64,000 bases of DNA. Origin: an uncultured Desulfurococcales archaeon. GTDB taxonomy: Archaea > Thermoproteota > Thermoprotei_A > EX4484-217-1. Both the position numbers and the translations under genes were made by a program. Positions within the stretch are counted from its first letter, which is position 1, and each line of letters starts with the position of its first letter. Below are positions 10,717 to 20,524 of the stretch, in pieces. Location of the stretch: positions 54,878 through 118,877 of the forward strand of contig CAYOTT010000005.1 in the NCBI GenBank assembly GCA_964406965.1, in the 5' to 3' direction. The notes under the pieces were generated by a model. That model made no database searches. It was not told the origin of the DNA and saw only the letters and a program-made list of their open reading frames with translations.

Positions 10717-12060
10717 TTACTCACCATAACCATATCTTAACCTCATACTTCCACTTATCATTTGAAGGAGTGTTTTAAGCATTGAGAGATTGTTTCCAGC
10801 AGATTTTAAAGCAGCAACTTCCATGTATGCTATAATTGACTTCCTATGTTCACTACTTATTCTAACATGTTCATCAACTTCCATAAGCCCCATGGGAGGC
10901 CTTCCCGTGAGAGGACTTTTAATGTTAAATATTTTTAAAATACCCTCCTCAACTTTAGTGTTTACCTTTAAGATGTTTTCAGGGAATATTCTTAAAACTC
11001 TTCTACCTTCCTCTTTAACATAATATATTGTTGGTTTCTCTGAGTACACATCCAATACCATAACATGGTTTCCATCCATTGTTAAAGGAAACCTAAGTAC
11101 CCAGACATTGTTTTGAGGAAACACTCTAAGACTAAACATTTTAACAATGCTTTCAATAACTTCCCTTGGCATTTCACCTTTATACTCAGCTTCTTCAAAC
11201 ATCATTTTCAACATGTTCAATTCTTTATCATCAATTATCGTGTAAAGTTCATACTTACCTTCCTTAATGAATTCTCCGAAAAGATCCATTGCTCTAGAGA
11301 CTGTAGGGAATGCTGTAGTTTTCGATATGCCATAGACTCCTTCAAGACATTCTCTGATGACATTTGATTTGTTAAGTCTTGTAAGGATAGATAAAATGTC
11401 TATTCCATCTATTTTGTAACTTTCCCTAGCTTTTTTAGGTCTAAGCCATCTAACAAGGGTGCCATCGATAACTACTTTATCTAATTTTGCCTCCTTTAAT
11501 ATTTTAAGTCCATAAGCTAATTCTAAAAGACTTTCAATGTATTTTGAAAGCTTACGGTATAATCGGGGCTTCTTAATTTCTACTGTTAAACCTAAAGTTT
11601 CAAGAATTCCCGTTATTTCCTTAGAAATTTTCTCCGCATCTTTAGGTGATTCGAAGAGGAGTGATTTTTTCTCGGGACACCTAATTTCCACTTCAAAAAA
11701 GTACTTCATGGACCCATTAATCATTTTTCTTCTCTTAGTCACAGTTAAAACGACTCTTTCTATAGGTGGATATTGTTTTAAACCTTCAATATTGCTTATT
11801 AAGCTAAGCTCTCCTGAAGGCTCACGAATTAAAGCACCAAGCTGAATGTACATGAGTGCTGCAATTGATAAATCTAAAGGATATATTCCAGCATCTACGA
11901 AACCTATTCTTGATGGAAAAGTTTTTTCAAGAACCTTTACCTTGTAGTATTTTTCAAAAGTCTTCCTTATGAGAATAGTTATTGGGTCTTCAGATACTTC
12001 GCTTATTTGCTTAGAGATTCTACTTAGCAAATCACCTAAACTATCAATTAATGAGCTCAT
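10717..12060 (-). CDS. nurA: NurA-family 5'-3' nuclease
   Basis: GFVDAG and VIDGTL acidic motifs, GISKT, C-terminal PMGLMEVDEHVRIS; lies between mre11 and herA. Confidence 0.8.
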   Translation of the reverse strand: MSSLIDSLGDLLSRISKQISEVSEDPITILIRKTFEKYYKVKVLEKTFPSRIGFVDAGIYPLDLSIAALMYIQLGALIREPSGELSLISNIEGLKQYPPIERVVLTVTKRRKMINGSMKYFFEVEIRCPEKKSLLFESPKDAEKISKEITGILETLGLTVEIKKPRLYRKLSKYIESLLELAYGLKILKEAKLDKVVIDGTLVRWLRPKKARESYKIDGIDILSILTRLNKSNVIRECLEGVYGISKTTAFPTVSRAMDLFGEFIKEGKYELYTIIDDKELNMLKMMFEEAEYKGEMPREVIESIVKMFSLRVFPQNNVWVLRFPLTMDGNHVMVLDVYSEKPTIYYVKEEGRRVLRIFPENILKVNTKVEEGILKIFNIKSPLTGRPPMGLMEVDEHVRISSEHRKSIIAYMEVAALKSAGNNLSMLKTLLQMISGSMRLRYGYGE

Positions 12061-13322
12061 TTCTTAAGCTCCCCATATATTTGCTCTAAAATTTTAAATG
12101 CCTCATCAGCTACTTCCTCGTTAATTTCCGTTTTCCTCATACCTTCGCTATATTCTCTACCTAATGTTGAAATTAGGTTCAAAATTATTTCTGGTGAAAG
12201 CTTTAATCCGAATTTCTTAAGTGCTTGCTCAATGGCTTCCTTCTCCAACTCTTCAATATTTGATAGGTCGGACCTAAATTCCTCGAGAAATGTTATGTAT
12301 TCTTCTGCAGATTCGCTTCTAACGATATGTACCCAAGCATTCAAGCTTCTAGCAACATCATTGATCATTTTTCTTACTCTACTATATTTTTCAATGCTAA
12401 CTTTACCCGTGTAAACTATTATGCAGCGATATTTTTCATTCATATCTCTTATTTTCCTTTTAACCTCGTCAGCTACATTTTCTAAACCATAGGTTTCTAC
12501 TACTTCTACATCTACCCCAAAATTATTTGTTAAGGCCTTTATTGAGGCAGCATTTCTCCCTAAATTCACTAGTAATACTCTTCTATTGGTTCTTAGCTTC
12601 TTCTTTAAAATATAAGTCTCATATATGTCATTAGCATCTCTTCCTATAGGCGATCCTGGGTAAGCTACGTTGCCTTCAAAAAATTCGCTATAGGGTATTG
12701 GGAAGTGTATGTGTCCTAATGCTAAATATTTGAAGTGTTTATGAATTGAAGCATAGGCTTCTTCAGAAAGTTTAATCATACTATATTTTGGGCTTATTTT
12801 TGAAATATCTATGCCTGAATAAATGTAAAGACCTGTATGTGCTATGAGAATATTGTCCTTGTTTTCATCGTAATCTTCATAAACCACTCTGCGGCGCTCA
12901 AGATATTCTACTTCTCTCTCCCCTCTCAAACCAGGTAATCCATAGAAAACTACTCCATCGACTTCTAAGGGTTTTAAATAAAGTTTGTAATTTTTCTCCT
13001 CATGTTTTGTTAAATGCACTAAACCTACTTCCCCTAAGATAGAGAGAACACCATGCCCCCTAGCTGTTAAGTCATGAGAACCAGGAGTAACTATGAATCT
13101 TAGCCCCTCTCGAACTCCTTTCTTAATTATTCTAACAACGTTTAATGTTGTTTCATGCCCTAATCTAGGTGTTTCAAATAAATCGCCAGCTACAATAATG
13201 TTCTTTACGTTTTCTGAAAGTGCTAATTCAACTATTTTCTCTAACGACTCCAAATTAGCTTTTCTAAGTACTGTGTGTGGAAATGCGCCAATATGAATAT
13301 CAGCTGTGTGAATAAAGTCCAA
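12057..13322 (-). CDS. mre11: Mre11/SbcD-family metallophosphoesterase nuclease
   Basis: HTADIHIG, AGDLFE, PGSHD, IAHT, ALGHIH, YPGS. Confidence 0.9.
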   Translation of the reverse strand: MDFIHTADIHIGAFPHTVLRKANLESLEKIVELALSENVKNIIVAGDLFETPRLGHETTLNVVRIIKKGVREGLRFIVTPGSHDLTARGHGVLSILGEVGLVHLTKHEEKNYKLYLKPLEVDGVVFYGLPGLRGEREVEYLERRRVVYEDYDENKDNILIAHTGLYIYSGIDISKISPKYSMIKLSEEAYASIHKHFKYLALGHIHFPIPYSEFFEGNVAYPGSPIGRDANDIYETYILKKKLRTNRRVLLVNLGRNAASIKALTNNFGVDVEVVETYGLENVADEVKRKIRDMNEKYRCIIVYTGKVSIEKYSRVRKMINDVARSLNAWVHIVRSESAEEYITFLEEFRSDLSNIEELEKEAIEQALKKFGLKLSPEIILNLISTLGREYSEGMRKTEINEEVADEAFKILEQIYGELKK

Positions 13323-13379
13323 GCGCTAGGCACACCTCTAGCTAATCGTTTACCTACATGTTGTTTTTCTAACTTTCCC

Positions 13380-13985
13380 CTACTTAACTAAACCTTGCTT
13401 CCTAAGCTCCTCTAAATCTTCAGGAGTATCTATATCTATGTATATTTCAGGAGAATTTACTGGAACTTCAACTATCCTATCGCTATACTTTTTAACAACA
13501 AACTTTAGCCCATATGTTTCTTCAGAAATGCTCATTAGATCATAATATAGTTTCATGTTGAAAAGTATTGGATGGCCTCTTCTACCCTTATATGATGGAA
13601 CAACTATTTCCGGCTTAGCTTCAATGAACTTCTCTATGACCTTATTTATAGTTTCATGCGTTATGAGAAGATTGTCTGCAGGAAGTATTGCTATGCCCTC
13701 AGCATTAACAACCTTAGCTGCTAAAACAGCTGCTTTAACAGAAGAGCTCATTCCTTCCTCATAGTTTACGTTGTAAACGAATGTTACGGGTAAGCCGCTT
13801 AATTCATCAATTATTTTTTCAGCTTCAAAACCTACAATAACAAAAATTTTTTCCGCTTTAGATTTTAAAGCTTCTTCAGTAACCTTTCGTATAATTGTTT
13901 TATCATTTATTTTCTCAAGTAACTTATTTCTACCATATCTCTCAGATTTTCCTGCAGCAAGTATAGCTAATGCAATCATTTTCAA
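13380..13985 (-). CDS. Molybdenum cofactor cytidylyltransferase (MocA-like)
   Basis: ILAAGKSERYGRNKLL, GMSSS, GHPILF, DIDTPED; next to xdhC. Confidence 0.85.
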   Translation of the reverse strand: MKMIALAILAAGKSERYGRNKLLEKINDKTIIRKVTEEALKSKAEKIFVIVGFEAEKIIDELSGLPVTFVYNVNYEEGMSSSVKAAVLAAKVVNAEGIAILPADNLLITHETINKVIEKFIEAKPEIVVPSYKGRRGHPILFNMKLYYDLMSISEETYGLKFVVKKYSDRIVEVPVNSPEIYIDIDTPEDLEELRKQGLVK

Positions 13986-13988
13986 GCA

Positions 13989-14813
13989 TCACACTATTGA
14001 TAAGTGATTTCCTGAAGCCCTCCTCTCTATTTTAAGTATTTCAGCTAGAACACTTACAGCTATTTCCTCAGGTGTTTTCGCCCCAATATCGATACCTACT
14101 GGGGCATAAACTCTTCCTTTAAGCTTTTCTAAACTATATCCTTCCTCTTGGAGCTTTTGAAGATACGTTCTTATCTTACTTCTCGAACCTAAAACACCTA
14201 TGTACTTAGCTTGCGAATTTAATGCCTTCTTTAAAGCCACGTAGTCGTGGTTTATTTCCCCATGCACTATTAATACGTAGTCTCCACTACCTATATTAGC
14301 TTCATCTATTGCTTTACCCCATTCATTCACAATTATTTTTTCAACATTAGGGAATTTTTCGGGTGAAGCATGTTTAGGATTATCGTCTATGACCCATATG
14401 CGATAGCCTAAAAGAGCTGCTAAATTAGCTAAAGGTTTTCCAACATGTCCCACACCTAAAACTAAAATTCTAGGCCTAGGCTTGATAACATCTATAAAAA
14501 CGGTCAAAACACCACCACATATGAGCCTCGTTTTGTAAGCACCTAAAGGTACGTTATCTTCTCTAAAAGCAAACTTTACAGTTTTAGGTTTCCCCTCATT
14601 AAGGGCCTTAATAGCTTCTTTAATAACCATTCTTTCAAAAGGACCGCCACCTATTGTTCCAATAGTTTTACCATCAGGGAACACTAGCATTTTAGTTCCA
14701 GGACCTCTAGGTCCGGAACCTTCTTTTTCAACAATTATGCATAGTGCTACAGGTTCTCCCTTATCTACAGCTTCCTTTAAAGCGCTAATTACTGCCTTAT
14801 TGGATGCGTTCAT
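13989..14813 (-). CDS. xdhC: XdhC/CoxI Moco-enzyme maturation factor
   Basis: GSGPRGPG, GTIGGG, LICGG, YIGVLGSRSK, PVGIDIGAKTPEEIAVS. Confidence 0.92.
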   Translation of the reverse strand: MNASNKAVISALKEAVDKGEPVALCIIVEKEGSGPRGPGTKMLVFPDGKTIGTIGGGPFERMVIKEAIKALNEGKPKTVKFAFREDNVPLGAYKTRLICGGVLTVFIDVIKPRPRILVLGVGHVGKPLANLAALLGYRIWVIDDNPKHASPEKFPNVEKIIVNEWGKAIDEANIGSGDYVLIVHGEINHDYVALKKALNSQAKYIGVLGSRSKIRTYLQKLQEEGYSLEKLKGRVYAPVGIDIGAKTPEEIAVSVLAEILKIERRASGNHLSIV

Positions 14814-14862
14814 GATCTAATCCTCTACGTCAACTAAAAGCGCTTCCCGTATTAATGTATAA

Positions 14863-14880
14863 GTAAACAACTTTGTTTAC
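14863..14880. promoter_or_regulatory. Palindromic candidate operator upstream of xdhC
   Basis: GTAAACAA-CT-TTGTTTAC, a perfect 8-bp inverted repeat about 50 bp upstream of the xdhC start. Confidence 0.4.
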
Positions 14881-14890
14881 ATATCTATTG

Positions 14891-15622
14891 TTAGCCTTCC
14901 TCCCTAAGTATTTTAAGCGCTTCAAGAACTATTTGAAACATTTGCTGCCGTTTTTCATCAACTATTTTCTCAAAATACCCTAAACCTTGTTTCGTGTGTA
15001 TTTCAGCAGCATAGTTTGTAATTAGAGTCAGTGTTGCATAACATAAGTTAAGTTCTTTAGCCAATGCCGCTTCAGGCATGGTCGTCATATTGACAATATC
15101 TGCTCCAAGCATTCGTAGAGAAGCTGCTTCAGCAGGTGTCATGAGACGTGGACCTTCAATTACGGCGATTACTGCTTCTGAAAGAAAGTATTTTAGAACT
15201 CTTTCTGAAGATTTTTCAAGAACTTTAACTAATTTTCCACAAAATGGTTCTGAAAAATCTATGTGGACAGGCTTATCCTCAAAGAACGTAATTCCCCTAT
15301 TCTTGGTAAAATCTATAATATCGGTCGGGATAATAATCATTCCAGGTTTTAAAATTTTCCTTAGGGAATATGCTTGGTCTATTGCTATAATGTATTCAGC
15401 ACCCCTACTTTTCATAAGCCAAATATTTCCCCTATAATTTACCTTATGCGGTTGTTGAATACTTTCTCTACCATGTCTAGGTATGAAAATTACTTTTAAC
15501 CCTTCAATTTCAGTTTCCATAAACTCAACCTTTCCATAAACAGTTTCTGTAGTTAACCATGACTCATTAGGTAATAGTCTTTCAAAACCGGCTCCAGCTA
15601 TGATACCTACAGTTTTAGTCAT
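14891..15622 (-). CDS. MTAP-family purine nucleoside phosphorylase
   Basis: FIPRHG, PHKVNYRGNI, EGPRL, ADIVNMTTMPEA. Confidence 0.85.
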   Translation of the reverse strand: MTKTVGIIAGAGFERLLPNESWLTTETVYGKVEFMETEIEGLKVIFIPRHGRESIQQPHKVNYRGNIWLMKSRGAEYIIAIDQAYSLRKILKPGMIIIPTDIIDFTKNRGITFFEDKPVHIDFSEPFCGKLVKVLEKSSERVLKYFLSEAVIAVIEGPRLMTPAEAASLRMLGADIVNMTTMPEAALAKELNLCYATLTLITNYAAEIHTKQGLGYFEKIVDEKRQQMFQIVLEALKILREEG

Positions 15623-15716
15623 ATTCCTTCCTCATAATAACGGTGAAGTTACTTATGTGAAATATGTTTTTACTTGTTAAAATAGATAGTTATCAAAGAT
15701 AAGGTGGATGAAGTAA

Positions 15717-16589
15717 ATGAGGCTAGCACTAAACATAGTAACAGACATTACATTAGATTACGCTATTAAAGTGTCTGAAGAAGCTGTAAGATTCGGTGCA
15801 GAATCAATATGGATAGGTGAAACACAGAATGTACCGCATCCCTTCACATACTTGCTACCCATATCTGAAAGAGTCAAGGTAACTTTAGGAACAAGTATTA
15901 TTTCTGCATACCTAAACGACCCCGCTAGCGTCATTGAATTTTCAAGGAAACTTTTAAGGAACAATATTCCTGCGTTCATAGTAGGTGTTGGTTTAGGCGA
16001 TATAGACTATTTAAAGGTAAAAGGTGTTGAACCGAAGAATCCATTAGACTTTATGAGGAAATATGTTTCTAAGCTATTTAAGAGTCTTCCTGAGAAAGCA
16101 TCAGTCATCGTAGGAACTGCAGGCAGAAGAATGGCTAATTTATCATGCAAAATTACTGGCGCTGTTTTATTAAACTTTGTTCATCCAGACTATATTAAGT
16201 GGGTTAAAAGAGGCATTGAGGTTAAATGCGAGATAAATGTTATTGGACCAGCCCTTCTTAAAACATTTGACAGTAGATTAATTAGGGCTTTACGAATAGC
16301 TTCTGCAATAGTCTTAAAGGGCATGAATGAAAAGTTTCTTAGGAACTTCGGTTTCGAAAGCCTTGCTGAAGATATTAAAAAGATTCTTAGCAGCGGAGAC
16401 TATTGGAAGCTAGGAAGATACGATAATGTTCTTTTAGATAAATTTGCAATTTACGGTGACATAGTAGATTTTGAAACGAGAATAGAGGAGCTTTCTAAAT
16501 TAAATGTTAATCGCTTAATTCTTGGCCCACCAATTTATAGGGATAGGAATCTTATTGAAAAAGTATTCTCTAAGCTAAGAAAGTATTAA
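15717..16589 (+). CDS. LLM (luciferase-like/Mer-like) oxidoreductase
   Basis: SIWIGE, TLGTSII, GVGLGD, LILGPP. Confidence 0.75.
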   Translation: MRLALNIVTDITLDYAIKVSEEAVRFGAESIWIGETQNVPHPFTYLLPISERVKVTLGTSIISAYLNDPASVIEFSRKLLRNNIPAFIVGVGLGDIDYLKVKGVEPKNPLDFMRKYVSKLFKSLPEKASVIVGTAGRRMANLSCKITGAVLLNFVHPDYIKWVKRGIEVKCEINVIGPALLKTFDSRLIRALRIASAIVLKGMNEKFLRNFGFESLAEDIKKILSSGDYWKLGRYDNVLLDKFAIYGDIVDFETRIEELSKLNVNRLILGPPIYRDRNLIEKVFSKLRKY

Positions 16590-17244
16590 CTACTTCAACA
16601 ATGATTTCCGGGGCTTTCGAACCAAAAAACCTCAGATTTCTTTTAAGCTCAATACCTAAAGCCTCTGTTTTCGGAGGCTTCCCGAAATACTTAATTAAAG
16701 CACCACCCTTGAATGGCTTATCTACGCTAACCCTTAATCCCCTTCTTCGAAGTTTCTCTACAATTTTCTCTAAAACATTCCTACTTACCGAAGAATACCC
16801 GTTAGTTGATAAGCAAACATCAGGCCATACGCTAATATTCTTCATTCCATGTACATCTATTATATATTTAATTTCCCCTTCATTAACAAGTTGCTCAATT
16901 CTCCTCCATAATGGCGTTTTCCTACCATACTCCTTATTTAAATTGTAATTAGGAATGTTTAAGCCATCAACATAGTCAACCTTACTTATTGTTGGAAGTA
17001 CTGCCCAACTATTTGTTGCAATAGCTGCCTTAAACGCTATTTCCCACGTTAAAAAATCAACTGCTGATCTTGAAGGTATAAGTTCTGAGAAAGCATATTC
17101 TAAACCAAGCTCTTTAATTTTACCCACAACATCCTTAAACCTGTCCGTGCCGAAACCGTGAAGAGCAGTTATTAATACAGGTTTCTTACCTGAAACTTCA
17201 ACATACCCCTCAATTACGCCCAAATTCATTAAATAACCCTCCAA
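16570..17244 (-). CDS. N-formylglutamate amidohydrolase-like Zn peptidase-fold protein
   Basis: LITALHG, IIDVHGM, PDVCL, PFKGG, GIEL. Confidence 0.65.
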   Translation of the reverse strand: MEGYLMNLGVIEGYVEVSGKKPVLITALHGFGTDRFKDVVGKIKELGLEYAFSELIPSRSAVDFLTWEIAFKAAIATNSWAVLPTISKVDYVDGLNIPNYNLNKEYGRKTPLWRRIEQLVNEGEIKYIIDVHGMKNISVWPDVCLSTNGYSSVSRNVLEKIVEKLRRRGLRVSVDKPFKGGALIKYFGKPPKTEALGIELKRNLRFFGSKAPEIIVEVVNTFLA

Positions 17245-17332
17245 TAGCCTCAGAGACTAAGTTAGTATATTTAAGTTATTCCAAACATTTTTGAGAAACA
17301 AAGTAGTATAGTAGTATGATGTAGGGAAAGCC

Positions 17333-17473
17333 ATGAGGAAGAGAAAAGTAAAGGTTACTTTAAGTGAAGATGTTCTTAAGCTTATAGTTGAAGGTAAAGT
17401 GAAGTTAGTTAAAGATGTAAAAATAAAGTATGGTAAATATAAAATTATTAAAAGATATGTTCCTAAGAAGTGA
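17333..17473 (+). CDS. Small basic 46-aa protein, possibly ribbon-helix-helix
   Basis: Manual translation MRKRKVKVTLSEDVLKLIVEGKVKLVKDVKIKYGKYKIIKRYVPKK; below the ORF-track cutoff; stops 7 bp before the next ATG. Confidence 0.5.
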   Translation: MRKRKVKVTLSEDVLKLIVEGKVKLVKDVKIKYGKYKIIKRYVPKK

Positions 17474-17480
17474 AAATACA

Positions 17481-17897
17481 ATGGCTGTTAGAGTTAAATT
17501 GAGAATTTCTAGAAGAGATAAGAACATATCAGAGACGCTTATAGTACTGGTCAATGGCGGTGCGGAAAGCGAGGAACCAGTAATAGCCGTTACACCGGAC
17601 ACAGCCTTAAAACTTGGCTTCTCACTTAACGACTTCGAATTAGTTGAAGTAGAGTTGGCTTCAGGTAAAACACATAATCTTATTTCGAAGGAAAAGGTCA
17701 TATTAGAGCTATTAGATGAAAAAGGACGTGTTCTCTCAACAACATACGCGTACTTAACTGTAGATGATAACCTCACAGAACCATTAATAACCGATGCTGC
17801 AATTGATGAGTTAGGGATACAAGTCATTAGTTTTAAAAAAGGTTTATGGAGGCATCTTAACGACCCTACAAATGTAGTTAGAAAAAGCGCTAAATAA
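17481..17897 (+). CDS. Retropepsin-like (clan AA) protein
   Basis: LVNGGAE in place of the DTG motif, ALKLG, VELASG flap, PLITDAAIDELGI; likely start MAVRVKL at 17481. Confidence 0.65.
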   Translation: MAVRVKLRISRRDKNISETLIVLVNGGAESEEPVIAVTPDTALKLGFSLNDFELVEVELASGKTHNLISKEKVILELLDEKGRVLSTTYAYLTVDDNLTEPLITDAAIDELGIQVISFKKGLWRHLNDPTNVVRKSAK

Positions 17898-17930
17898 TAT
17901 TATTTTAAAACTCATGGAGTTTAGTTATTC

Positions 17931-18722
17931 ATGAGTGTACAAAGAATTTTGTGCATAGGGGAACTTATGGTTGGCTTAAGAAAACTGGAAAAGGGCTTCT
18001 TAACCGAAGGTTCAGAATTCAAATTAATAGTTGAAGGATTGCCCGCTAAGGTTGCTTTAGAACTGGCTTCAACGGGTTTTAAAGTTGATTTAGCCGGAGC
18101 CGTAGGCGACGACGCTTTAGGTAAATCCCTAATTACATTCTTAAAGAACAATGGAGTTAATATTGATAATATCGTAGTTAAAAGAGGTTTAAGAACAACA
18201 GTTGTAGTAATGATTAACGACATTTTAAAAATATACTTTAGGAAACCCTATGCTATTACAGCAGATACAGAGTTTTCGCTAAACGATATTAGTTTAAGTA
18301 GGTTATCGAATATTAACTTACTTTACACATCAGCTTATGCTTTAATGGAGAACCCACTAGGTCATACGGTATTTTATATTGTGAAGCATTTATGGAAAAA
18401 CAATGTTAAAATAGTTTTACACATAAATTTCCACACCTATGAAGATAGATTTCTAAGCCTTAGAGAATTAAGAGGTATTTTAAAGTACTCTTCAAATATA
18501 ATTTTAAGTTATCAAGAACTCGATAGATTACTTAAAACATCCAATGTTAAAACAGCTGCGCAAACAATATTTAGAAAGTTTCCTGCAGTTGAAAACGTAG
18601 CCATCACAACACAAGGAAGAATGTATGTTCACACAAAGGGTGTAGGTGAAAAAGTTTTTAATATAAGGGAAGCTGATGAGTCAAAATTTGCCGCATTATT
18701 TATTAAAAACATAATTACTTAG
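17931..18722 (+). CDS. PfkB-family kinase-like protein (degenerate)
   Basis: CIGELMV and AGAVGDDALG signature 1; C-terminal DTTGAGD motif absent. Confidence 0.7.
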   Translation: MSVQRILCIGELMVGLRKLEKGFLTEGSEFKLIVEGLPAKVALELASTGFKVDLAGAVGDDALGKSLITFLKNNGVNIDNIVVKRGLRTTVVVMINDILKIYFRKPYAITADTEFSLNDISLSRLSNINLLYTSAYALMENPLGHTVFYIVKHLWKNNVKIVLHINFHTYEDRFLSLRELRGILKYSSNIILSYQELDRLLKTSNVKTAAQTIFRKFPAVENVAITTQGRMYVHTKGVGEKVFNIREADESKFAALFIKNIIT

Positions 18723-18765
18723 AAATAATCTTAAATTAAAATGCGGACCACAAATGTGATGAGCG

Positions 18766-19569
18766 ATGGATAAAGCAGCTCTTTACGGGAAATTAAATGT
18801 AGCTAAAGTAGTTATTGATGGCGAGAACGTTTCTATAAATATATTTAGCGATGTTCTTGTTAAAGAACATCCATTAGTAATTAAAATTAACGGCGTTGAA
18901 ATTAGGAGGTACATTGTTTCCGAAACTATGTTAAAAGAATTTATTATAGGGAACCTCTTTTCGCTAGGTATAGTTAATAATTTATCGGAAATTAAGTCTG
19001 TTTCATTTAAGGGAAACGAAGTTAACATAAAGCTTGACCCTAAAGCTTTAAGAAGAACTCCTATCTTAACCATAACACCATCGTGTGATGAGCAAGTACT
19101 ACCAGAAATCAGTGGTGAAAAATTAGCGATTAACAATAAAATTAGAGCGGAAAGCATTTTAGAAGCAATTAAGCAAATGTTCACTTCTTCAAACGTTTTC
19201 AAAGAGACTGGTGGAACACATGTTTCCTCACTTTTCGACATAGATTCTTCAAGAACTCTCATAGTAGTTGAAGACTTGGGTAGACATAATGCTGCAGATA
19301 AAGTATTGGGTTGGGGTATTTTAAGAGGAGTATCCTTTGAAAAAGTGGCAATAGTTACTTCGGGTAGGGTTTTCAGCGATTTAGTAGTGAAAGCTTTTAG
19401 AATAGGGACTCCCATAATAATTTCTAAATCTGCCCCATCATACGATGCTGCTTTGAAAGCAAGAAAATACGGAATAACATTGATAGGGTTTGCTAGAGGA
19501 AATAGGTTTAACGTTTATTCTGAACCCGGAAGAATAGTGGAACTAGAAAACATAGTTTTGGAAGATTAA
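18766..19569 (+). CDS. fdhD: Formate dehydrogenase accessory sulfurtransferase FdhD
   Basis: FKETGGTH, EDLGRHNAADK, TSGR, SKSAP, TLIGFARG. Confidence 0.93.
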   Translation: MDKAALYGKLNVAKVVIDGENVSINIFSDVLVKEHPLVIKINGVEIRRYIVSETMLKEFIIGNLFSLGIVNNLSEIKSVSFKGNEVNIKLDPKALRRTPILTITPSCDEQVLPEISGEKLAINNKIRAESILEAIKQMFTSSNVFKETGGTHVSSLFDIDSSRTLIVVEDLGRHNAADKVLGWGILRGVSFEKVAIVTSGRVFSDLVVKAFRIGTPIIISKSAPSYDAALKARKYGITLIGFARGNRFNVYSEPGRIVELENIVLED

Positions 19570-19570
19570 A

Positions 19571-20449
19571 ATGCTTTACCAACTTATAAGAGATGAAATT
19601 CTAAGAACATATGAAGCAGCAAAGAAAACATATGAGAACATAAAGTTTTCCCTCGAGGAAGCATATGTCATAGGCTCGGGGGATTCGTATGCAGCAGCGT
19701 TAATTATTCAAGGAGTTACTAACAATAAATTCATAGCATTGGATCCTTATGAAGCACAGTTCAGTATTAAACCACATAAGGTGTACGTTGTCGTTTCGGT
19801 TTCAGGTAAAACAAGAGAGAATATAGAGTTAGCAATTAAAGTTAGAGAAAGCGGAGGTAAGGTAATCGCTATCACAGCTAATCCTAAATCTAAACTAGCT
19901 CAAAAAGCTAGCGAAATAATTTCCATAGACTACTCTCCACAAAACCTTCCAATACCTGGAACTCTCTCATTCACATTGTCCTTAATAGCTCTCTACGCTT
20001 TAGCTAATTTAGACGTTGATTTTAAAAAGCTTAAGAATCCAGAGCTTAAGGCTTTGAAGGGATTGGAGCCAATATTCATAGGTACATTAGGAGGCTATGG
20101 TGTTGCATACTATTCAGCTTTAAAATTCTATGAAGTTTTTGGCTCTAAAGCCAGATTCGAAAGAACGGAGCAATTTTGTCATGCTACAATATTTAGTGTT
20201 AGAGAAAATGACCAAGTAATATTTTATCCCTCAGATAATGATAGAAGAGCGAGGGAAGTTGTTGAAGCTATTAGTGAAAAATATAACTTAGTCATATACG
20301 ATAGATGCGAAAAACATATGAAACACTTATGTCAAATAGTTGATTTCCAAACAAGTTTAGCCGAATACATTAAGGAGTTAGGATTAGAAAAACCCTATTT
20401 CACCATAGCAAAAGGTGTTTTAGATGTAAGCAGTAGCCTCATATACTAA
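19571..20449 (+). CDS. Double-SIS-domain sugar isomerase-like protein (GlmS C-terminal-like)
   Basis: IGSGDSY, VSVSGKT, AITAN, ALKFYE, EQFCH. Confidence 0.8.
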   Translation: MLYQLIRDEILRTYEAAKKTYENIKFSLEEAYVIGSGDSYAAALIIQGVTNNKFIALDPYEAQFSIKPHKVYVVVSVSGKTRENIELAIKVRESGGKVIAITANPKSKLAQKASEIISIDYSPQNLPIPGTLSFTLSLIALYALANLDVDFKKLKNPELKALKGLEPIFIGTLGGYGVAYYSALKFYEVFGSKARFERTEQFCHATIFSVRENDQVIFYPSDNDRRAREVVEAISEKYNLVIYDRCEKHMKHLCQIVDFQTSLAEYIKELGLEKPYFTIAKGVLDVSSSLIY

Positions 20450-20524
20450 CTTTACTTGCACTAATGAGCTAAGGTACCTTTAATCTTCCTTATTAAATAC
20501 AATAGTTAAGGCCTAACAACATTC

